Source of the DNA: Mesotaenium endlicherianum
Lineage: Eukaryota
Assembly: GCA_009602735.1 (NCBI GenBank)
Contig: WELA01003365.1
Coordinates: forward strand, 444,440 to 496,226
DNA length: 51,787 nucleotides
Reading direction: 5' to 3'
The notes beneath the pieces are model-generated. The model saw only the letters and a list, made by a program, of their open reading frames with translations, did no database searches and was not told the DNA's origin. Position 1 is the stretch's first letter, and each line of letters starts with the position of its first letter. Both the position numbers and the translations under genes were made by a program. Positions 11,997-24,200 of the stretch are shown here, in pieces.

Positions 11997-13899
11997 ATGG
12001 CAGAGGTGGCAGCATCGGATGCCGATGCTCAGCCCCCTCCTATAAGAAAGTTAGAGGAGGCCGTCGTTAACAGAATTGCTGCAGGGGAGGTCATTCAGAG
12101 ACCCGCTTCGGCCCTAAAAGAGTTGATAGAGAACAGCCTAGACGCAGGGTCTACATCCATCAGCGTGGTGATAAAAGAAGGAGGTTTGAAGCTGATACAG
12201 ATTACTGACAACGGCCATGGCATCCGGGTATGGCTCGCCTCTTTGAAGTCACGAGTTGCTTTACATATTGATGGGCTGACTTTATGAGTCTGCTTCTCTT
12301 CACTGAGTAGTTTAAGTTCGTGGTCAACTGCGAAAAGACTAACAGACTTGGGAAGTTCTCTTTTGACAGGGAGACTAAGTTTGTGTTCCCGGGCCAGGGC
12401 ACGTACTTTGTGAAACTGAGCAGACCACGAGTTGCTTACAATCGCAGAGAAAAGGCTGCTTGGTGTGTGCGTATGCGCACATGTGCATGTGTGGGTGTCT
12501 GTGTGTGTGCATGCGCACGTGTGCCGCGCACGGTCTGCGTTTGTTTGACACGGGTGCCCGCTTGCCGTTGCGCTGCGCCACGTGGCAGCGCGAGGACCTC
12601 CCAATCGTGTGCGAGCGCCACACAACGTCGAAGCTGCGCGAGTTCGAGGACCTCCAGAGCATCGCCACCATGGGGTTCCGTGGCGAGGCCCTGTCCAGCA
12701 TGTCGTTCGTTGCGCACCTCACCATCACCACCATGACAGCTGGCCAGACCCACGGCTACAGGTTGCCTGCCGCGCCCGCCCCTCCATTCTCGCCAGCCCT
12801 CCATTGACTCCCGCACTCGTCTCCCTCTCCCTTTCCCTCTCCTTCTCCCTCTCCCTCACCCGCTTCATTTTTGTCCCTCCCTCTCCCTCTCCCTCTCCCT
12901 CTCGTGGCGTGTTGCTCTGACCGACACTTTGCCCCCAAGTGGCACACTCCACAATGCGCACATCCTTGTCTCGATATTCTGCCCCGCCGCTCGTTGTCTT
13001 CAAGCGCGCGTGCGCGCGTGCCCTTGCCCTCCCTGCTACAGGGACCAGGTGACTTTAAGGCTCCTGTGTGCATAATCTGCCCCTTCTGATACGCCCGTGT
13101 GTGTTCCCCCCCAACCCCCCCTCTTCTTCCCCCGGCTGCTGCTGCTGCTGAGCCCGCTGCTTTGGCAGCTGGAGGGGAGATGGCCACCACGACAGACCGA
13201 TGTCTTTTGAGGGGACCGCGGCTTTTGCCTGGGGGTGTGTACGTTGTGACATGCGACTAGCAGCCTGTCGGCTATCATTGCACGCGCGTTCGGGTGCCAC
13301 GCATGCATGCATGCGTGGGGTGCATACATGACTCAGCGAGCTGATCCTTAGGGCCCTAGGACCTAACGCTAGAAGATCGAGGAGTACGGAACCCTCAACC
13401 CTTCAGGTCCAGGCGCCTGATGGGCTCTCTGGGGGGCGTGGCGGCGACGCAGGGCGACCTACAAGGACGGCAAGATGGAGGGTGAGGCGCGGCCGTGCGC
13501 TGCCGTCAAGGGCACCCAGATCACCGTGAGGAAGCCACCGCTCCCCTTCCTCCCTATGTCCACGGCTCCCCCCCCCCNNNNNNNNNNNNNNNNNNNNNNN
13601 NNNNNNNNNNNNNNNNNNNNNNNNNNNNNNNNNNNNNNNNNNNNNNNNNNNNNNNNNNNNNNNNNNNNNNNNNNNNNNNNNNCTGGCACACCCCCCCCCC
13701 ATTGCCCTTTTTTCCTCCCCTCCCTTTCTCTGGATCACGTAAACATGGCACGGGGGCTTTGCGGTGGCACAGGTCCTGCTGATATGCAACAGAGGAGTTT
13801 GCGGACTGGGGAGTTGGCACCCCTGTGACAGGAGGGGGTCCGGAACCATTGTAGAATCTTTGCCAGTGGCAATGCAGCACAGAAACTTGCACGCACGCG

Positions 13900-13989
<90 letters not shown>

Positions 13990-16900
13990 NACACGCACAT
14001 ATGCACACGCACACCGCACGTATACGCTCACGCACATATGCATGCACGTATAGTCGCACACGCACACGCACACGCACACACACGCACATATAACTGGCCA
14101 AAAATTTACTGCTGTATTTACCTGTTGCATGCATTGCAGCATGTCGAAGTGCCAGGGCACTGCCAAGTGCAGGCCGCTCTCGTGACTAGCTCACACATGA
14201 CGTAGTGTTGAGTCCGGGGCTGTGAAGGATTAGGCAGGAGTCGCGCCCAAGAAAAGCTATTTTACTTTTTTGCAACGGCCAGCCAGCCTGCCAGTTTTGG
14301 GTTTTGGAGCAGGAGCAGAAGCGGAAGCGGAAGCAGGAGCGGGGGCAGGAGGGAGTGCGAGCACATGGCGTTTCTTCATTTGCAGCGTGGCCTACAGCTG
14401 CAGCACCTCTTAGTATGAGCAGAGGGGGGATGGATTGGAGTAAAAGCGCCACAGTCGTGAGAAAGTTGTGGCGCCCCTCATGGGGGGCGTGCGGCGGTGG
14501 TGCTGCTGCTGAGTGGGTGCTCGCGTGCGTGCGTGCGTGCGGGCGTGGTGCAGGTGGAGAATCTGTTCTACAACGTGGTGGCACGCCGGCGGGCGTTCCG
14601 CAACCCGGGGGAGGAGTACGCGCGCATCCTGGACGTCGTCACGCGCTTTGCCGCGCACCGCACCGACGTCAGCTTCTCCTGCAAGAAGGTGCGTGCGCTC
14701 TCATGCTCCACTCGCACGCTCATGCTGCACGCGTGTGCCCGCTTGCCCTGCTCCTCTCCTCAGCCGCTGCAGGGTGGCGCGCTTGCAGGCAAGGGCGTGG
14801 CTGGGTGCCCAGTCGGCTGCCCAGGCAAACCCTCCCGCCCCCCCCCCCCNNNNNNNNNNNNNNNNNNNNNNNNNNNNNNCCCCCCCCCCCCCCCCTTCTC
14901 CCAGCTCCCATCCTAGAGCGGCAATCCCTCTCTGCCTCCTCTCTGTGCGGTCACGGGGTAGCTGTCAGGGGGGCTTGCTTGTCGGGAGAGCATGTGGAGC
15001 TCTGGAAAGCTGGACACTGATGTACACACGTGTACACACATGGGCACGCCTCGCCGTGCATACCGTTCCATGCACACAAGTGTACTTAGACATAGTAAGC
15101 TTGCACGCCAAGACATATCAGCAAATGGGATTCCGCCTCACCTCCTCTGCCTCTCTACTCCTCCTTCGACGGCCCTCACTGCCCGTGCTGCATGCTGCGT
15201 GCGCGCGCTGATGCCGCTACCGCCGGCCGCGTTGCCTGACCTGCCCGCCTTCCTGCCTGTCGAGCCTGCCTGCCTGCTCGCCCAACCTGCCGCTCCCGGC
15301 GCTACTTGACCAACCAGCCTTCGCCCGCCCGCACCGCCTGCCCCGCCTGGCTGCGTGACCCCTGCCGGCCTGACCTGCGTGCTTGACTGCGTGCGTGCGC
15401 CGGCGCAGCACGGCGAGACGCGCGCGGACATCCACACGGTGGCGGGCGCGGCGCGCGTGGACGCCATCAAGGCCGTGTACGGGCCCTCCGTGGGCCGCGA
15501 CCTCATCCCCGTGGCCGCCTCCGCCTCGCCCTCCTCGCCCTCCTCCGCCGCTGCTGCTGCTGCGGCGGCGTGCGCAGACAAGGGCGGGGGCAATTGCGAG
15601 GCCAACGGGTTCCCCGCCACGGCGGCCATGGCCGGGGAGGGGTGCGAGTTTGCAATGGAGGGGCTCATCTCCAGCGCCAACTATAGCGCCAAGAAGACCA
15701 CCATGGTGCTCTTCATCAACGGTGAGATGCGAGCGACACTCCGGAGGGCCCCCGGGGGGGGGGGGTGGTAACAGGTGGCCCTTAAGAATTTGGCGTTAGC
15801 GCTGACGCAAGACGGTTGGAGCTGCTGCTGCTGCTGCTGGTGCTGCTGCTGTGTGCACAGTGCTGAGCTGGACAAGGCCGCAGCGTGGCTTGTCTCCTCT
15901 TACCTGCTGCTGCTGCTGCTGCTGCTCCTCGTCCTGCTCCAGCTCGTGTCCAGCTCCTGCTCCTACCCTCACGGCAAAGTGCTGCGCTTGGCACCCTTGT
16001 GCGACGTCCGTCCTCCTTAGTACAGTTGATGCACGCGCTTTGCAGTCAAACTGCACAAGGGTCGGCTCCCCTCCCTCTGCGCCTTCTGCGCCCCCATCCC
16101 AGAACTAATTGCCAGCCCCGTGCATCTGCCACCTGGCTTCCACTTACCGCGGGCCTGCCCTCTTCTAGCCTTTCTCTCTTGATCTGCGCGGCCGACCTGG
16201 CTGACCTAACCTGGAGGGCGGGCGGGTGGGCGGACGGGTGGGCGGGCGACAGAGCGCATGGTGGAGTGCAGCGCGCTGAAGCGCGCGTGCGAGGCTGTGT
16301 ACGCCGCCATCCTGCCCAAGGCCTCCAAGCCCTTCCTCTACCTGGCCATCACGCTGCCGCCGCGCCACGTGGACGTCAACGTGCACCCCACCAAGCGCGA
16401 GGTACGCGCACGCACGCCTTTGTCTCCCTTTGCCTCTCCCTCTCTCTCTCTCCCTCTCCTTCTTTCCTGCCTTTTCTCCTCCCGCCCTTCCCTTCTCTCT
16501 TTCTGTGCGGCCACCATTGCGCAAATCACCTGCTCCAAGCAAGCAAGGTGCGCGCACCTCTGCGCATGTGCAAACTCCCCCTCCTCGTCCCCCCTCCCTC
16601 TGCCTTGGGCAGCTCATGCAATGGGACGCATGCGTTCGTGCGTGCGGGTTGGGTGGGCGGGTGTGGTGCGGGCGGGGGAGAGCAGGTGAGCTTCCTGAAC
16701 CAGGAGGCGCTGGTGGACGCCATCCAGAAGGCGGTGGAGGCGTGCCTCTGCCACTCCAACACCTCGCGCACCTTCTACACCCAGGTCCCCCCCTTCCCTC
16801 CCCCTCCNNNNNNNNNNNNNNNNNNNNNNNNNNNNNNNNNNNNNNNNTTGCCCCCCATCCCCACCTCCCTGACTGCGCTCCCCACGGACATCTCCCTGCC

Positions 16901-19900
16901 ACCATCGACGACCACTCATCTCCACCATCTCTCACCTCCCCCCCTTCCCCTTACCACAACTGCAAGTGCTCATCCACTATGCCTGGGGGGGACTTGCCCG
17001 CGTGCGCCTGCCTGCCTTCTCTTTGAGCTTGCATGTCTTGTCCCGTCGCTAAAAGAGTGTGGCAAGAGAGGGTGCGGGTTGCACGTCGCTGGGGCTTTTG
17101 AGCCCCGGGCAATCCCTTCTGGCATTGAGAGAGATGTCGTCGGCTTGTGATTGCCAGTGCAGCTGCTTGCCGCGAGTGACACGTGGCAATTGCGGGCACG
17201 TACCCATGGCCCCTCCCTGTCCTGGAAAAGGAGACACCTGGCAGTTCCAGGCGCTCAACCCATCCCCTGTTGCTGGATGCGCCTGCTTATAGCTCTTGGC
17301 AATTGAATCCTCCTCCACATACGACCCTCTCACACCCCACCCTCCCCAACCCTTACACCCCCCCCCNNNNNNNNNNNNNNNNNNNNNNNNNNNNNNNNNN
17401 NNNNCCCCCCTCCCCCTCTTATTGTACACATGCAGACGCTCTTGCCGGGCGCATCGCCTGTGGCGGAGAGGGACGACGAAGACAATGGCCACGGCTCCCA
17501 GCAGGCCACCGGTATGGCTGCTTCTCATCTCTCCTCTCTCTCTCCCTCCCTCTTCCGCTCCTCTCCCTCGCCCTCTCCCTCCTCTTGTACTTCGTTGGTA
17601 TCGGCACTTTCTCTAAGAGGCGTGTAGAGCACTAGATTTGAGTAATGTCATTCTGCAGCTATCATAATCACCATACTTAGACCTGTTGTCAGGTCTCTTG
17701 TCAACGTTGCGGGGGGGCATGCATATCATCAACTTCTCGGCGTTCTCTTGGCCCCTTCCTTTCCTTTTGAATCCTGAAAAAACTGGGCCCAAGGAAGGCA
17801 TTGGCCTACCAGGCTGATCCTCAGCACAGGTCAACTGTAAAGGAGATTATGCCCATTCACATCGCCTTTTTTCCCACCGTCCATGGTGCTCCTTCAGATC
17901 AAAGAGCTTATCGGAGGTCTTCCATCCAACGCATGCCCTGCTGTTGCCGTCCCATCCGCGTCCCTGTGGCATGCTACCATTCTCTTCTTCATCCTCTCAC
18001 CCCAAGTCTGAGATGAAAGTGTCATTCTCCGGTGAGGAACAACACGCTGCTAGCACGTGGAGGCTCGTGACAGCGCGCGCGGAACCGAGGCCAAGAGAAA
18101 TAATCCACCTCCTCTTACTCTCTGCCCGTGGCTCCTGGGCCCCAGCAAAGAGTTGTGCCTCTGCGCCAAACACTGAAGCGCCCTGCGTGGTAGACAGTCT
18201 GCCCCCTCACTCCGTGCTTCAGGGGGGCACCAAAATAATCGGTCAGGCACATGACGCGCGCGCGCGCGCTCCGCGTGCGCAACAGTCACTGCCGCTGAGC
18301 GTGTTTTGAAGGCTTCACACCGGTCCCTTGCGCCAGCCAGTGGGGGGGTGGTGAGAAGGTGACCCAGGGCCAGTTCTGCCAGTCTTGCCTTCTGGTTTTG
18401 AGCTGCTGCTGGAGGGTCACCTCTGAGGCCATTAACACACGCGCGTGCAGCCCCCCTCCCACCCCCCATCCCAGTGGTTTCCCCCTCCCTCTCCACCATG
18501 ATCCGCGGCAAACGCTCGCATCCTCGCACACGCACGCACACACACAGACACAAGTAGGCACATGCTCGCCCGCGCGTGCGCACACACTCACTCACACACA
18601 CACACACAGAGGCAACTCCTGCTTTGGGCAGTGATGGATCTGAGCGTGCCATTACACGGCCCCCACCAGCAGCTGCTGGGAGCGATTGCACCTGCTTCGC
18701 TCACCTGCTGTCAAGAAAGAGGCCCTCAAGCAACACAACATATTCCTCATCCCCTCCCCCCCCCCTTCTCCCCCCGTTCCCAGCGACTTCACCGTTCCCA
18801 GCGACTCCAGTCACTGGGGTGCAAGCTCTGAGCCTTGGCTGAGGGTGACGTGGGCGCGGCTGTGCAGGCGGGTCCCAGCAGCAGGTGAGGCAGCCGGAGC
18901 ACAAGCTGGTGCGCACGGACGCGCGCAACCAGGCGGGGGCCCTGCACGCGTTTGTGCAGCCCCCCAACAAGCGCTCTGCCGAGGAGGGGCCCTCCCTGGC
19001 CGCCACCAGGTGAGGGTTCCATATACACACACACGCGCGCGGACACGCGCACACGTACGCACGCCGCACGCCGCACGCAGACGGGCACTTGCATGCTCTT
19101 GCGAATGGATCGCACGTGCACAGAGGCACACCACATGCGCAGACGCACTCGTGCTTCCAGAGGGCTCGTTTGCAATCAGAAAGGTTAGGACTCGTCCTGC
19201 CTACCCCTCCCCGGTGTCGCCTGTCCTCATCTTTGCGAGCACGGAGGGCAAGAATGGAGAGGAGACGGGAAGGGGCAGTGGTCTGAGGGCCTGACGAAGC
19301 GCACTTGCGACCACATTCACTCCATTGCAACTGCACCTTGTTGTGGGGTGTGGTGGTGGGCCTGTGGGCTCGCAGGAGGGCCGTGCGGCAGCGGCGCAAC
19401 CCCGCGGCGGGGTCGGAGCTGACGAGCGTGCAGGAGCTGCTGGCCGCCATGGACCGCCACACGCACTCAGGTTGGCTGGGGCCGCTCCGCTCCTGCTCCT
19501 GCTGTCACTGCCTCTGCTGCTGCTGCTCTCCCTCTCCCTCTCCTCTCCCTCTCCTCTCCCTCTCTCCTCTTCTCTCTCTCCCCCCTCTCCCCCCCCCCTC
19601 TCTTCTCCCCCGCCCTCGTGAGTGTGTTTCAGGTTTCGAGCGTGTGGACCGCAGAACGGCAGAGAAGAGGGGGTGTCTGGTCAGAGGCGGGCGTGATAAT
19701 TGGTGCAGGTCTGCTTTCGTGTTTGCGATCGGCTGACTCTGGTATGACAGGTGTCTGCATCTGCCTGCAAGACGTCGTTCCTCCCTCGTGGTTACCGCAC
19801 ACTCCCGTTCCCCTCGAAGATGGGCGGCAGACGTATGCGTGTATTTGCGTAAACATGCATATGACTATACGTACGTATACGAATAAGCCTGAGAAACTCT

Positions 19901-21212
19901 TTTCCTGTGCGTATGTGTATGCTCGTACGGTCATGCACACATTCACATGCATGCTTGTTTGTACACGCGTACATGCATGCAGCCATACATGCATGCATCC
20001 GTAGCACCGCATACTGTGTCTTGATCCTAGCCGAGGAACGTCATGGAAGGGGGCAAGGCCCGGCAAGCTGCAATGCTCCACCACCAGTACTGGTGCTTAT
20101 GGGAGTGCACCCCCATAGCCGACCTGCCGGTTCCGCGGCCGCTGCCGCCGCTGCCGCTGCTTCTCTTGCTCCCTGCGCGCGCAAGCATCCCGCGCTTCCT
20201 GACGCCTGGCTGGCGTGGGGTGCCACGTGGCGCGGCAGGGCTGAGCGAGATCGTGAAGCACAACTCGTACGTGGGCATGGCGGACGACGTGCTGGCGCTG
20301 CTGCAGCACAACACGCGCCTCTACCTCGTCAACGTCGTCACCCTCAGGTGGTGCTTTTACCCCCCCCCCCCNNNNNNNNNNNNNNNNNNNNNNNNNNNNN
20401 NNNNNNNNNNCCTTCCCCCCAACTAGCTGCGACCCCGTCCGTTGTTGCCCCTCCTCTGCAGCTCACACCTGACCGCCAGCCGCTATGGGGCTCTTGCCCC
20501 CTGTCTCTCCCTCTTCCTCATTGTCCCCCTTTCGCCCGTTCCTTCTCTCCTTCTCCCTCTCTCCATCTCCCACTCCTCTCTCGCTCTTCCTCTCCCTCTT
20601 CCTCTTCCTCTTCCTCTTTAGAACCCTCTCCCATGCGTGCCCTCACCCTTGTCCTCGCCCTCCCTGAATCTATGCTTGGTTCTGCATGTATACTGGCTGG
20701 CTGCACGCGCTGTACTCTCGCAGAGAGAGAAGGGCTCTTTCTTCCCTCCCTCCTCCCCCCCAGCCTTGCGGTCTGCTTACTCTCCGCGCGCAGCCTGCCT
20801 CGGGCCATGAGCACCACAGCTAGCGTGGCTATTTTGCGCCCGGGAGTGCGGCGGCGATGGATCAGCGGCAGACAGAGAAAAAGAGCGTGAGAGCGACATA
20901 TTTTGTTGCTGAGTTTTCCTTTCCTAGCTTTTGCTCGACTTTTACGGCCCTGAATTTTGTTACTCGGCATCGTGTGTCTTCTTTCTGTTGGTATCCTTTC
21001 CAGCGCTCTCTCCTGTTGGAGTTCTGGCCGGCGCATCCACGCAATGCCTGCGCTCCTCTCGCTGCCAAGGCCTTGCCACTGTGCCAGCGTGCGTTTGTCA
21101 GAGACAGAGCAATGCTGACCCTCCCAGTCTCACTTGCACTCGCGCTCCGTGTGGGGACTGCCCCATGTCTTCTGTAATTGGTTGTGTGCTGGGACCGGGG
21201 GGGGGGGGGGGN

Positions 21213-21266
<54 letters not shown>

Positions 21267-24200
21267 CAAGGAGGTGGTGTACCAGCAAGTGCTGCGGCGG
21301 TTTGCGCACTTCAACGCCATGAAGTTCAGCGCGCCCGCGCCGCTGCGCGAGCTGCTGCTGACGGCGCTGGACGACGAGGAGCGCTCCGGGCGCTGGCAGG
21401 AGTCCGACGGCCCCAAGGACGAGATTGCCAGCGTGCGTGCATGCGCATGCGAGCGGGCATGGGCGCGTGCGCGTGCGCGCCAGTGCCCCACGTTCCCTCC
21501 ATTCTGCTCGCTCTCGTGTTTGCTTGCGTGCTGCTAGTGTCTGAAGAGGATGCGCCGGATGTAGTCCAGCTGTGCTGCAAACTTGTGTGCCATCTGGCGC
21601 CGGGCCTGCCTGATTTTTGTGTGCAGATGCTTAGAAAACATCAAGGCTGAAACGTGATGCTCGGAGGAGGATTGCAGAGAAACAGGAACGCCTGAATGTG
21701 CCGGAACAAGTGTTCAGCACACATGCCCCCCAACTTCGTTTCTTCGGCCCCTCTCTGCCCCCCCCCCCTCCCCCNNNNNNNNNNNNNNNNNNNNNNNNNN
21801 NNNNNNNNNNNNNNNNNNNNNNNNNNNNNNNNNNNNNNNNNNNNNNNNNNNNNNNNNNNNNNNNNNNNNNNNNNNNNNNNNNNNNNNNNNNNNNNNNNNN
21901 NNNNNNNNNNNNNNNNNNNNNNNNNNNNNNNNNNNNNNNNNNNNNNNNNNNNNNNNNNNNNNNNNNNNNNNNNNNNNNNNNNNNNNNNNNNNNNNNNNNN
22001 NNNNNNNNNNNNNNNNNNNNNNNNNNNNNNNNNNNNNNNNNNNNNNNNNNNNNNNNNNNNNNNNNNNNNNNNNNNNNNNNNNNNNNNNNNNNNNNNNNNN
22101 NNNNNNNNNNNNNNNNNNNNNNNNNNNNNNNNNNNNNNNNNNNNNNNNNNNNNNNNNNNNNNNNNNNNNNNNNNNNNNNNNNNNNNNNNNNNNNNNNNNN
22201 NNNNNNNNNNNNNNNNNNNNNNNNNNNNNNNNNNNNNNNNNNNNNNNNNNNNNNNNNNNNNNNNNNNNNNNNNNNNNNNNNNNNNNNNNNNNNNNNNNNN
22301 NNNNNNNNNNNNNNNNNNNNNNNNNNNNNNNNNNNNNNNNNNNNNNNNNNNNNNNNNNNNNNNNNNNNNNNNNNNNNNNNNNNNNNNNNNNNNNNNNNNN
22401 NNNNNNNNNNNNNNNNNNNNNNNNNNNNNNNNNNNNNNNNNNNNNNNNNNNNNNNNNNNNNNNNNNNNNNNNNNNNNNNNNNNNNNNNNNNNNNNNNNNN
22501 NNNNNNNNNNNNNNNNNNNNNNNNNNNNNNNNNNNNNNNNNNNCCCCCCTCTACGTCTCCCCCTCACATTATGTGCCAATGTCTCCGAGGCTGAAGGCAA
22601 CAAGTGGTGGGTAGCACCGAGGCTTGTACGTGCATGCATGTACACGTGTGTGCATGTCTCTTGTCCCAGCTGCATCAACATCCAGCTCGTGAGAGTCGGT
22701 GGGGTTGATGGTGGGCTTCACCCACCCTGCTGGTTTGAGAGCCTTCTGCCGCAGGCCACTTGTTGTACTGCCTGCATACGTGGACAAGTGTGCTACACAC
22801 AAATACACGTGTTCACACCTATCCCAGAGCCGGCACACGTCTGAGAAAGAGCACAAGCATGAGCGCTGGTGCACGCTGCTCCCCCAAGTTCAGCTGCGAG
22901 CTGAAGCTGGGCTTGGTGCTGCTGAAACTGGGGCTCCTGCTTCTGCTGCTGCTGCTGCTGAGCCTGGTGCTGAGGCTGGACCTGGTGCCGGTACTGGTGC
23001 CGGTGTGGTGCTGTGGCGGGGACGGGCTGGGGCAACGGCGGTGGCGGCGCGAGCAGCTGAACGTTGAGCTGCTGCAGTGCAAGGCGGAGATGCTGCGCGA
23101 GTACTTTGCCATCCACATCGACGATCGCGCCTGCCTGCTGGGCCTGCCGCTGGTGCTGGACCACTACACGCCCGACCTCGACCGCCTGCCGAACTTTGTG
23201 CTCGCCCTCGCCAACAACGTGAGCAAGTGTTTTCCCGGCCTCTCCCTCTCTCCCTCGCTTTCCTCCACGCGCGCGGGTCTCTCGCTCTCTCTCCCTCTCT
23301 CTGTGTGTGTATGTGTGTGTGTGTGTGTGTATATGTCTTTGTTCTTTTGAGGATGCATACCCTCTTTCTCTATCTATTGTGTTTCATGTGTGGGTATAGT
23401 ACGTGTGGGCTATGTCATATGTAAGTTATCTTGTAGATGATAGTGCGCATGTGGGGACTTCAAAGGAGGCTTCTGTGAGGCAGACGGCCAGCTTGACGCG
23501 GCTGTCGTACATGAAACTTGTATTTGCGTCTTTGTTTCAAGTTGAAGCGACTCTCAACTCATGCTTGTGACCCGTCTTTCAGTCCGTAGCAGGCCCATGG
23601 AGCCTGAAGCATGCCTGGACTGCCCTGACCACAGAGCTGCTGCCGCAGCAGCCACGGGTGTTCACTGCACGCTGGTAGCCACGAGCAGGCGTCGCATTGT
23701 TGCCCATTTCGGTCGGAGGCTTTCTCGCCCTCGTGTCCATTCCGTTCTTGACATTCTCTTCTCGTGTCGGTGTCTGCTCTCCACTTCGGCTGTCGTGGTA
23801 GTGGTCTCAATTCCCAGTTCTGTAATTTGATCTGTACCGTCCTCTTGGCTTCCCATATGTACATGCTGTCATCTGCTGCTCCCCTCTCCGTGTGCAGGTC
23901 GACTGGGACACGGAGACGGAGTGCTTTGACACGATAGCGGCAGCAATAGCCGACTTCTATGCTTTGCACCCGCCTCTGGTGCCCCGACCCCCCCCAAAGA
24001 AGAAGACTAAGAAGGGGGGGGGACAGCAGCAGAAAGGGAGCCATCTCAGCGGCGGCGCAGCCGGGATGTCTTTGGAGGAGGACACGCCACCTGTCGAGAT
24101 CGCACAGGCCGCTGCCCTTGCAGGTTCCTTTCTCCTTCAGAACTAAGAACGTGAGGAGTGCTGACGACTGTTTGTATAAGAGGCAAAGTAGTCGAAAGTG

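Noticed and set aside
13340..13405. Telomere-like fragments (TTAGGG, AACCCT)
   Set aside because: Scattered, degenerate single units, not an array.
15885..17150. Long ORFs of 200-420 aa overlapping MLH1, including those spanning N gaps such as 21696-22844
   Set aside because: Products of GC-rich, stop-poor introns and N runs; low complexity and explained by the MLH1 exon chain.
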